Below are positions 10,330 through 19,247 of a stretch of DNA of 20,000 nt, in pieces (position 1 is the stretch's first letter; every line of letters starts with the position of its first letter). The notes beneath the pieces are model-generated. The model was not told where the DNA came from. It worked only from the letters and a program-made list of their open reading frames with translations, and searched no databases. Origin of the DNA: Chiloscyllium plagiosum. Taxonomy: Eukaryota. The stretch covers positions 10,598,303 through 10,618,302 of the forward strand of contig NC_057719.1 of the NCBI RefSeq assembly GCF_004010195.1. Reading direction: 5' to 3'. A program made the position numbers and the translations under genes.

Positions 10330-10659
10330 GGAATGTTTCTTGAAGACGAACATCGACCTGGGAGAGAGTTACATGATGTTATGAACTTTTTTTCTCCCTC
10401 ATGTGCTTCACAGTTTGAAAGTCAGATGTTTATTTTCCTAACTCAGTGATGAGCCATGGGGACAAAGTCGATGCCCTCCATAAACTGGTGGGAGAGTCAC
10501 AATTTATAATTAACTCCTGCCAATTCAACATGATGGAGACTTCATAGAGCGTGTTGTTTCTACTCACTCATTCAGAAGGTCATACTCATGTTCCTTATGT
10601 GCAAGTCAAGATTCTCATAGATATTACACCACGGTTTAAAAAATCATGCTTTCGAAACA

Positions 10660-11088
10660 TCTCTTTTGCTCCTCTGTTCAGCTCCCCATCACATTTTCAT
10701 CAAATTTCTCCAATCTTCTCACATCTATCTACAAGCTTCAAGTCCCTGATCCCTGGAGTCGCACTCATTAACCTTCTCCGCACCCTTGATGTGGAGATGG
10801 TGGGGTTGGACTGGGGTGGACAAAGTCAGAAGTCACACGATACCCAGGTTATAGCCCTACAGGTTTATTTGAAATCACAAGCTTTCAGAGCATTGCTCCA
10901 AAAATATGATTTCAAATAAACCTGTTGGAATATAACCAGGTGTCATGTGATTTATGACCTTTTCTGCACCATCTCTAAGGCTTTCACATCACTCCTGACT
11001 ATGGTGCCCAGAGCCGGACACATTACTCCAGTTGAGACCAAACCAGTGTTTTGTGCAGGTTTATCATAACTTCCTCAGTTTTGTACTG
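10660..11088 (-). mobile_element. Old antisense CR1 fragment split by a Penelope-like hairpin
   Basis: Minus strand YKTEEVMINLHKTLVWSQLE (EYKSREVML...LEYC-like). Confidence 0.75.
10785..10956. mobile_element. Inverted Penelope-like mini-insert (long hairpin) with target-site duplication
   Basis: caggtttatttgaaatca (10860-10877) pairs perfectly with 10907-10924; flanks accttctccgcacc (10771-10784) / accttttctgcacc (10957-10970). Confidence 0.8.
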
Positions 11089-11731
11089 GAAGGGCCATGT
11101 CTTTTCATTTTGTGTGTTTTTTAAAATAAAACTGGGGCTGAAATGAGAAAGAGGTGTTTGAAAACCAGTGGTTAAAAGGGTGTTTGTACTCCAGAAAATC
11201 CAGTAACCTGACAAGTGTGGGAAACATCACAGAAAGAATATGGCTGGAACAGATAGTCATTGAAGTTTGCACTACAAATAATTTGGGATCAGGGTGATTG
11301 GTTCTCAGGCAACTGGATGGCTTGAGGCTCAGAGTAGTTCACAGAGAGAGAGAGGTTTTCTGTTCTTCCTTGGCTCAGGAGCAGTCTCTCTGTTCTCTGC
11401 AGTCAAAATTCATTATAAATGGGAAGATGACCAGTTTATCGTTATTGCAACTGTTGTTGTAAGCTGTGACTTTCATTTGATAAGTCCATGATGTTCTAGG
11501 AGTGAATCAGCCACCTTGTTTCTCCCAGTAACCAACAGAAGTTTGAAGCAATGATGATTTTGTATCTTTAATCATTCCTTTGGGATTGGCTATCTAAAAT
11601 TGCTTTAGATCTGAGATGTACATGAAAGAAACAGAAGAATGTGAAATATCTAACACCTGAAACATAATTCATATTTTTAATTAAGATGTTAATTTTTTCT
11701 CAATATTTAACTTGGTACAAATTAACATATG

Positions 11732-11936
11732 CAAGTAGTTCTTCTATAACGTGATGGTTGCATTGTTGCGCAACCCTGCATTATGGGAAAAAATCACGCT
11801 TTAGATACAGTGCTTAATTGCGTTACAGCCAACACCACGTTTTAAAATTCATGCTTTAGAAACAGTGCCCCCAATTCATCAACCACATTACAGCAAATTT
11901 ATGATAATGAAATGCGCAGCATCGCACAAGGACCTG
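11732..11936. mobile_element. Tc1/mariner (Tigger-like) MITE, decayed
   Basis: Left end caagtagttcttctataacg, right end ggacctg|TA; internal repeat gctttaga(t/a)acagtgc twice. Confidence 0.6.
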
Positions 11937-11942
11937 TATTCA

Positions 11943-12308
11943 AATTCAATGAACTCAACGTTGAGTCCTAGAGGATGCAGAGCAGAGCAATGAGATACAG
12001 TCGTTCCCCCATACCCGCAGGGGATATATTCCAAGACCTACCACGGAAACCTGAAACCTCGGATAGTAGCGAACCCATTCATTTGATTGGGAAATTTACT
12101 TCCATGGCAGCCCCCTAGTCCCAGGTTCTGGAATATTCCATGTAATATGTTAGGGCTGCCGTAGACCATGGGTAACAGAAACTACAGTAACTGGACCCAC
12201 GGATATGGTGGCAGCCCTGTACTTGTCCTTTGAGCTTGTGCTGAGGCTAGCTGAAACACTGCAGCAGGCCTGTGACAGAAAGGTTGGCGTGGAATCATGA
12301 TGATGGGC
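11943..12308 (-). pseudogene. Penelope-like GIY-YIG endonuclease C-terminal relic, split by a MITE
   Basis: Minus strand FHANLSVTGLLQCFS*PQHKLKGQ then, across the MITE, LHPLGLNVEF (P-x-GLN motif that ends PLE GIY-YIG domains). Confidence 0.7.
11998..12219. mobile_element. Tigger/MER2-like MITE
   Basis: TA|CAG...CTG|TA; imperfect TIRs cagtcgttcccccatacccgcagg vs revcomp cagggctgccaccatatccgtggg. Confidence 0.82.
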
Positions 12309-12433
12309 TTATTTCTCAAAGATGGCAGTGGTATAGGGCACTCCAGCCAAAGCTCCATCAGTTCCTTTTCTTTTTTTTTCTCTCTCTCTTATGTGTTTTC
12401 TTTCCTCTTCTGTCTTTTTCCTCTTGTGCCAGT

Positions 12434-12627
12434 GGCCCAGAGTGGAGTGAGGGTGGCCAGAGGGCCCTGAGTGGGGGCAGTCAGTGAGCCTGGAATGGGG
12501 ACAGCCAGTAGGCCCGGAGCAGAGTGGGAATGGCCCGGAGCAGAGTGGGGATGGCCCTGAGTGGAGTGGGGATGGTCCGGAGTGGAGTGGGGGTGGTCCG
12601 GAGGGGGTTGGGGATGGCCCGGAGCAG
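12434..12627 (+). repeat. G-rich ~21-bp minisatellite, block 1
   Basis: Tandem ggcccggag(tg/ca)gagtggggat units. Confidence 0.9.
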
Positions 12628-12629
12628 AG

Positions 12630-12817
12630 GAATCGACGTTTTGGGCATAAGCCCTTCTTCAGGAATCAGGAATCAGGAATCTTCAAGAAGCCCTGAAGAA
12701 GGGCTTATGCACGAAACGTCGATTCTCCTGTTCCTTGGATGCTGCCTGACCTGCTGCGCTTTTCCAACAACACATTTTCAGCTCTGATCTCCAGCATCTG
12801 CAGTCCTCACTTTCTCC
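12630..12817. mobile_element. Inverted Penelope-like insert with hammerhead motifs on both strands
   Basis: 34-bp arms 12630-12663 / 12692-12725 (32/34 match); sense arm is the reverse complement of 14685-14811. Confidence 0.85.
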
Positions 12818-12821
12818 ACGA

Positions 12822-13252
12822 GGAGATTCATAGTGTATGGTAGGGCCTTAAAAAGTGTAGTGGAACAGAGGGATCTAGGAGTTGAGGTTCACAGTTCTAT
12901 GAAAGTGGAGTCACACGTAGACTGGGCAGTGAAGAAGGCTTTTGCCACACTGGCCTTCATCAGTTAGGGCATTAAGTGTAGAAGTTGGGAAGTTATGTTG
13001 CAGAGTTGTACAGGATGTTGATGAGGCTGCACTTAGAGTATTGTGTTCAGTTTTGGTCACCTTGCTGTGGGGAGGATGTTATTAAACTGGAAAGAGTGCG
13101 GAAGAAATTTGTAAGGATGTTGCCAGGACTCAGGAGACTGTGATATGGGCCAAGTGCAGGGAAATGGGATTAGCATGGATGGACATTTTGGTCAGGATGG
13201 ACCAGTTTGAGCCAAAGGGCCTGTCTCTTTGCTATAGGACTCTATGACTCTA
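12822..13252 (+). mobile_element. CR1 3' fragment with internal deletion
   Basis: EQRDLGV...LEYCVQFWSP; jumps near 13140 to the 3' UTR; (ctctatga) tail. Confidence 0.9.
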
Positions 13253-13435
13253 AGTTACTGACTTTTGGAGAGCTGTTTGCTCTCTCCTCAAGATGCTGAC
13301 TGTTGGAGTACAGTTTGTGCTCTTCTCAAGTTTGCCTTCTCAAGGTTCGGACTTGGGGAAGAGTTCCCCTATCAAATTGCTGATTGTTGAGATAGAGCTT
13401 GCCCTCTCCTCTGCTGACTGGTGGCATACAGTCCT

Positions 13436-13640
13436 GGTGGCGATTGGAGTGGGGATGGTCCAGAGTGGAGTGGGGATGGCCTGGAGTGGAGTGAAGTGGG
13501 GATGGTCTGGAGTGGAGTGAGGATGGCCTGTGCCCTGAAGTGGTGACAGCCAGTGGCCTAGAGTAGAGTGTGGGTGGCCCGGAGTGGAGTGGGGGTGGCC
13601 CAGAGTGGAGTGGGGACAGCAGCCACTGGGACTGCAGTGA
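13436..13640 (+). repeat. G-rich ~21-bp minisatellite, block 2
   Basis: Same ggagtggagtggggatggcc unit as block 1. Confidence 0.9.
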
Positions 13641-14130
13641 AGATGGTCTGGAACTGATGAAGCCCGGTCAGACTCCATGGAAGCCCTTATAGAAAGACTG
13701 CAATGCCTGTCTTTTGAGCTTAATTCTTATTTTCCTAACTTATATTTTATATATCTGTAATGTAAACTTTCTCTTTATTTTCTCTTTTTTTGTACCTAAG
13801 ATGGTGCTGTGTGTTGACGACATTGTCCACTTTTCCCTGTAGTCTTGTTCTTTTGTAATGCAAGTACACATGACAATAAACACAATTCTAATTCTAAATT
13901 GATCTGAGGTTTCAACTGGATTGGATTGCACTGTTCTTTACAACACTGATGAGATGCAGTATGTTAACTCCACGAAGCCAATGCCACTTGGAAAATCAGG
14001 AGGTTAGAGGGAGTTACATTTGGTTGCATTCAATGGTCTGAACCCAGCTGGGAAATTTATTATTCCCATTGAGGTCAGAACCAGATATCAAGCCAAGAGC
14101 TGGTATATGTAATGTCATGTTCACATCCAC

Positions 14131-14192
14131 CTAAACCATTTAAGATGTCTTAGGTACGTTCTCTGCCACCAATCCTCCTTAATGCTATTAGT
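14131..14192 (-). CDS. Candidate host-gene exon (TNSIKEDWWQRTYLRHLKWF)
   Basis: Polypyrimidine tract ttttttcttgtttgctgtcagtgacttaag; weak donor AG|gtggat; phase fits 17366-17435. Confidence 0.25.
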
Positions 14193-14684
14193 CTTAAGTC
14201 ACTGACAGCAAACAAGAAAAAATGCCCACACAATTTATTTGACAGAAGACAGATAAATAGCGATGGTTCATTACATGATACTTAATAGCTATTTGCATTA
14301 CAACTAAGTTACATGAGAGTGAATGGTAATACCTCAGGCTATTACTTAAGAGTACATCCACACATCTGCGAGCTATAATAAGCTTAGTACTGAGATAGCT
14401 GGATAGCTCACACAGCAAACACAAGTTAGTTCCTATTCATCCACAGGATGAAGGTGGGCTGGCTAAACTCGCATTTGTTGCCCATTCTTAATTTCCCAGA
14501 GTTAAGAGTCAACTATACTGCTGTGGGTCTGGAGTCATATGTAGACCAGACCAGGTGAGAATGGGTCTGGCTTTTATGGTCATCATTAGACCCTTTATTC
14601 GAGACTGAATTCAAATTCCATCATCTGTCCGAGTCCCCAGAACATTATCTTGGTTTCTGGATTCATGGTCTAATAATAATACTA

Positions 14685-14811
14685 GGAGAAGGTGAGGACT
14701 GCAGATGCTGGAGATCAGAGCTGAAAAATGTGTTGCTGGAAAAGCACAGCAGGTCAGGCAGCATCCAAGGAGCAGGAGAATCAACGTTTCGGGCATAAAC
14801 CCTTCTTCAGG
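14685..14811 (-). mobile_element. 127-bp Penelope-like insert with perfect 13-bp target-site duplication
   Basis: aataataatacta at 14672-14684 and 14812-14824. Confidence 0.88.
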
Positions 14812-14814
14812 AAT
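14779..14814 (-). ncRNA. Minimal type-I hammerhead ribozyme motif (core intact)
   Basis: CUGAAGA-A-GGGU-UUAU-GCCC-GAAA-C-GUU; palindromic AACGUU helix III. Confidence 0.6.
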
Positions 14815-15134
14815 AATAATACTACCAGACTAAGACCACACCACTGATGGACAGAGTTTGTCTTGTGCTGTCTGCTAACCCTGTCAGCTATTAACGGCTT
14901 TACATAATGTGTGCTAGCAGTAAATTTATGGTTCTCTTAGTACCCGGTACAAAGGTGAGAGATAAGCTGAGAGTTCTGAAGGCCATCTAGGGATAGGCAA
15001 GACTACTTGCCACTAGGAGACAGTGAGACATGTTCAACAGTATGAGGTGAAACTGTTTATGGAAGCAAAACTGGAAACCATTTGCTTGAGGAAGGTAGCA
15101 AGCTATAAGGAGCAGACTAAAGACACCAAAAGCC

Positions 15135-15787
15135 ATAAAGGTCATAATATGTTGGGATAGAATTAGGCCATTTAGCCTATCAAATCTACTCCATCATTCT
15201 GTCATGGCTGATATATTTCTCAGTGCCACTCCCTTGCCTTCTCCCCATAACCCTTGATCCCCTTACTAATCAAGAACCTGTCGATCTCTCTTAAATACAT
15301 TCAATGATTTGGCTTTTACAGCCTTCTGTGGCAATGAATTCCACAAAATATTCATATTCTGGCTGGAAAAATTCCTCTGCATTTCATTTTTTTATTCTGA
15401 GTCTGTACCCTTGGCTCCTAATCTGCCCGACTAGTGGAAACATCTCCATGTCCAATTTATCCACGCCTCTCAATGTTCTCTATCCAATTTCAATTGAATT
15501 CTCATCCTCCATCTTCATCCTTCCAAACTGCAATGAATATAGACCCAGTCCTCAAGCACTCCTCATATGAGAAGCTCGTCATCCCCAGGATCATTCTTGT
15601 AAACCTCCTGTGGACCGTCTCTGATGCCAGCACATCCTTCCTTAGATACAGGGCCCAAAACTGCTCACAATATTCCAAATGTGGTCAGACCAGATCCTTA
15701 TACAGCCTCAGCAGTACATCTCTGCTCTTATATTCTAGCCCTCTTACAATGAATGCTAACATCACACTTGCCTTCCTAACTGCCAGC
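15135..15787 (-). mobile_element. Antisense CR1 3' fragment
   Basis: Minus strand EYKSRDVLLRLYKDLV...LEYCEQFWALYLRKDV plus 3' UTR. Confidence 0.9.
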
Positions 15788-15904
15788 TTTAAATTATTTT
15801 GAGAACTTCAATTCTCTGTCAAATGTCCTTGTGTCTTTCTCAGCTGACCAATGGAATGATTGTTTTATGTTATTTCGCTGTTGGGTTTCACTCACATCAG
15901 TGAG

Positions 15905-16110
15905 GTGGGCTGTCTGAGTTCTCTATCCTCATTTACTTCTGACCTCTTGAGCAATCCGAATTTTAATTGCTCATTGCTGCAGGCTGGTCCTTCAGCTTCC
16001 TGGATTCTATGCTCTGGAGTTCCATCCATAAACTTCTCTGACTCTCCATGTCTCCACCTTTATGATGTACCTTTAAACTATCAGTTAGTCCCAAGTGACT
16101 AGCCATCTGT
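15905..16110 (+). mobile_element. Decayed L2-like 3' fragment
   Basis: ccttcagct...gctctggagttccatccataaacttctc resembles L2 AFS...LWNSLP region and the element at 20-110. Confidence 0.5.
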
Positions 16111-16115
16111 CTGAT

Positions 16116-16652
16116 CATAAGCCCAAAGACATAGGAGCAGAAATTAGGCCATTCAGCCCATCGAGTCTACTCCACCTTTCAATCATGACTGATAAGTTTC
16201 TCAACCCCATTCTCCCTGTAACCCTTGATCTCCTTGATCCTCAAGAACCTATCTGTCTCGGTCTTAAATATATTCAATGACGTGGCCTACACAGCCTTCT
16301 GTGGCAGTGAATTCCACAGATTCACTACTCTCTGGCTGAAGAAGTTTCTCCTTATCTCCATTCTGAAAGGTCTTCCCTTTACTTTAAGGCTGTGCCCTCA
16401 GGCTCTCGTCTCTCCTACCAATGGAAACATCTTCCCAGCATCCACTCTGTCCAGGCCATTCAGTATTCTGTATGTTTCAATTAGATAACCCCTTCTAAAC
16501 TCCATCAAGTATAGACCCAGAGTCCTCACGCGTTCCTCATATGTTAAGCTTTTCATTCCTGGGGCCATTCTCATGAATCTCCTCTGAACATGCTCCATCC
16601 TTCCTGAGATATGGGGCTCAAAATTGCACACAATACTTCAAATATGGTGTGA
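16116..16652 (-). mobile_element. Antisense CR1 3' fragment
   Basis: Minus ORF VQRRFMRMAPGMKSLTYEER...LIETYRILNGLDRVDAGKMFP. Confidence 0.92.
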
Positions 16653-16681
16653 CCCTTACGTGGTTCAGTGTCCAAGACTGT

Positions 16682-16812
16682 TTGATGCGGAAATGCCAGT
16701 GCTGGACTGGGATCACATGACACCAAGTAAACGTCACCTGACGAAGGAGCAGTGCTCGAAAGCTTGTGACTTCAAATTAACCAGTTGGACTATAACTTGG
16801 TGTCATGAGATT
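16682..16812. mobile_element. Inverted Penelope-like mini-insert
   Basis: Left part similar to 10786-10850; catgacaccaagt (16716-16728) pairs with acttggtgtcatg (16795-16807). Confidence 0.78.
16733..16770 (+). ncRNA. Minimal type-I hammerhead ribozyme motif
   Basis: GUCAC-CUGACGA-AG-GAGC-AGU-GCUC-GAAA-G-CUU-GUGAC; perfect 5-bp helix I, palindromic AAGCUU helix III. Confidence 0.62.
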
Positions 16813-17365
16813 AACACAAGTTGTTGTTTCAGTGCCAGAGACCCCGTGTTCACAGCTGACCCAACTCTTTTTCAACCTTTTCCTTGGTCAGGAGACAAGA
16901 TTTATTTGTAAAATCACTGGACTTACTTGACAGTCTACCACACTGTTGGTATCTGTCAAATACCTCTATCTCTACATATTTGTTGTGTTACGTATGTATC
17001 CCTCTGCATGTGTACTTGCTAATCTTCCTGTCTATCCATCAATCCTGTCACTTCCTCTTTGCTTTGACTGTTTTTTTTTTAAATTTTGCTTACTGGCACT
17101 TTGGTCTGCTAGACTGTCAATCCATTTAACAATCTGACTGTCTATTTATCTTTACAGTCATACATAGCAGTGGGGAAATCCCTGCTTGAAAGACAGAAGA
17201 TTGATTACACTCAGGGAGTACAATAGCAAAGCAATCCTGGTGATGCTAGACTTTTATTTATTTATGTATTTAATGAAAACATGAGGTAGAGCTGTCTGTG
17301 CCAATTGACTGATCGATGCACTGTTGGGAATGCCAGCAGGGAATCTTTATTTGGGTCTAAACTAC

Positions 17366-17435
17366 CTCATAGGCTTCTTCTGGTGTGTTTTGTGTCATGG
17401 TGTCTGCTATCAGCCAAATAGAATTATGATTTCTT
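17366..17435 (-). CDS. Candidate host-gene exon (RNHNSIWLIADTMTQNTPEEAYE); alternative acceptor at 17474
   Basis: Acceptors ttttgttttcattcttctacaaag or tatttctttttaacag (same frame); donor GAG|gtagtt. Confidence 0.3.
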
Positions 17436-17637
17436 CTTTGTAGAAGAATGAAAACAAAAATGCTCTGCACTTTTCTGTTAAAAAGAAATAGATAGTTCAT
17501 TCATCTCTTTCTGTTGACACAAGCAAAATAGAAACAGGAGTCGGCTCTTTGGACCGTGGGGCCCGCTCCACCATTTAACGGCTGATCGCCCAACTCAGGA
17601 TCTTATTCCCACTTTCACCCCTTGAACCTTTTAGCCC

Positions 17638-17897
17638 CAGGTGGTTAGCACTGCTGCCTCACAACACCAGGGACCCGGGTTTGATTCCCGCCACGGGCAA
17701 CTGTCTGGGTTTGCACATTCTCCCTGTATCCTCCCACAATCCAAAGGTGCACAGGTCAGGTGAGTTGGCCATGCTAAATTGTCCATAGTGTCAGGGGTAA
17801 ATGTGGGTAGGGGAATGGGTCTGGCTGGGGTGCTCTTCGGAGGGTCGGCGTGGACTTGTTGGGCCGAAGGGCCTGTTTCCATACTGTAGGGAATCTA
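17638..17897 (+). mobile_element. HE1-like V-SINE, 5'-clipped with internal deletions
   Basis: gtggttagcactgctgcctcac...gggtttgattccc...gggccgaagggcctgtttccatactgtagggaatcta, near-identical tail to 441-477. Confidence 0.92.
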
Positions 17898-17949
17898 AAA
17901 TAAAACTACATCAAGCTCCTTCTTGAATACATTCAATGTTTTTTCCTTA

Positions 17950-18728
17950 ACCATTTTGGAAAGGCAAATCAGTGCAGGCCTTATACACTTAATGGTAAGG
18001 TCCTGGGGAAATGTTGCCGAACAAAGAGTCCTTGGAGTGCAGGTTCATAGTTCCTTGAAAGTGGAGTTGCAGGTAGATAGGATAATGAAGAAGGCGTTTG
18101 GTATGCTTTCCTTTATTGGTCAGAGTATTGAGTACAGGAGTTGGGAGGTCATGTTGTGGCTGTACAGGACATTGGTTAGGCCACTGTTGGAATACTGCAT
18201 ACAATGCTGGTCTCTCTGCTATAGGAAGGATGTCGTGAAACTTGCAAGGGTTCATAAAAGATTAACAATGATTTTGCCAAGATTGGAGGGTTTGAGCTAC
18301 AGGGAGAGGCTGAATAGACCAAGGCTGTTTTCCCTGCAACATCGGAGGCTGAGGGGTGACGTTATAGAGGTTTATAAAATCATGAGGGGCATGGATAGGG
18401 TAAATAGACAAAGTCTTTTCCCTCGGGTGGTGGACTCCAGAACTAGAGGGCATAGGTTTAAGGTGAGAGAGGTAAGATATAAAAGGGACCTGGGAGAACT
18501 TTTTCATGCAGAGGGTGGTGCATATATGGAATGAGCTGCCAGAGGAAATGGTGGAAACTGGTACAGTTATAACATTTAAAAGGCATCTGGATGGGCATAT
18601 GAATAGGAAGGGTTTGGTGGGATATGGGCCAAATGCTAGCTAATGTGACTAGATTAACTTTGGATATCTGGTCAGCATGGATGAGTCGAACTGAAGGGTG
18701 TGTTTCTACGCTATGACTCTATGACTCT
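17950..18728 (+). mobile_element. CR1/HER1-like LINE 3' fragment
   Basis: EQRVLGVQVHSSLK...LVRPLLEYCIQCW...RLRGDVIEVYKIMRG; (ctatgact)n tail. Confidence 0.95.
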
Positions 18729-19247
18729 GACCACTTTCTGTGACAGAGAATTTCACAGGCTCCCCACTCTCTGAGGGAAGAAATTTCTCCTCATCTGGAT
18801 CCTTATGCTGCGCTGGCTGGTTCTGGTGTACCTAATCATTGGGAACATATATCCTGCATTTATCCATTTCTGTTGGAATTTATAGGTATCTATGAGATCC
18901 TCACCTCATTCTTCTAAACCCCAGTGAAGTTAATCATAACTAATCCAGTCTCTCTTCATACATTTTTCTTGCCATCCTAGGGATCAATCTGGTGACATTC
19001 TCTTCAATACTAATCCATCTCCCAGCATCCACAAATCCAAGCAGTGACAACTACCATCTCAAAGGGCAAGAGGCAGACACATGGAGATACATTCACCTCC
19101 AAATCCCCCATCTAATATGAGATACATTCTGGTCGGGTCTTTACAAATACAGTTGTCCGCAGAACAGGACTCGTTGTGGTTCAGTGGGTAGCATCTCAGA
19201 ATCTCAGGAAGATTAGTCCATAAGATGGTGAACAAGTCCATAAGAAA

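Larger units (their letters stand above)
12320..13897 (+). mobile_element. Putative non-autonomous retroelement with internal G-rich minisatellite, interrupted
   Basis: 5' agatggcag plus pyrimidine tract; minisatellite blocks; T-rich 3' region ending catgacaataaa...(aattct)n. Confidence 0.45.
14434..14845 (-). mobile_element. tRNA-derived SINE whose tail resembles the LINE at 2300-3360; head interrupted by a PLE insert
   Basis: Minus strand ...ctggtctacatatgactccagacccacagc...gggaaattaagaatgggcaacaaatgc. Confidence 0.65.
17525..19005 (-). mobile_element. Old antisense CR1 3' end split by an HE1 SINE and a sense CR1
   Basis: Pieces 17525-17630, ~17905-17938 and 18730-19005 are collinear with 16116-16600. 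Confidence 0.7.

Noticed and set aside
10448..10546. MSHGDKVDAL peptide resembling GMP synthase glutaminase motif
   Set aside because: Similarity limited to about 7 residues, followed by unrelated sequence and a stop; likely chance
11490..11610. Minus-strand bridging exon
   Set aside because: Best acceptor gives stops in the required phase and no good donor follows
12484..13678. Repetitive ORFs (GPEWSGD..., HPHST...)
   Set aside because: Artefacts of the 21-bp minisatellite
13654..13700. CTGATGA...GAAA as another hammerhead
   Set aside because: No stem II pairing and no palindromic helix III or NUH after GAAA
16940..17150. ORFs over a tatc/ctgt-rich tract
   Set aside because: Degenerate low-complexity sequence
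17923..18534. 203-aa ORF as a host or domesticated gene
   Set aside because: Ordinary 5'-truncated CR1 ORF2 C-terminus with a frameshift near 18490
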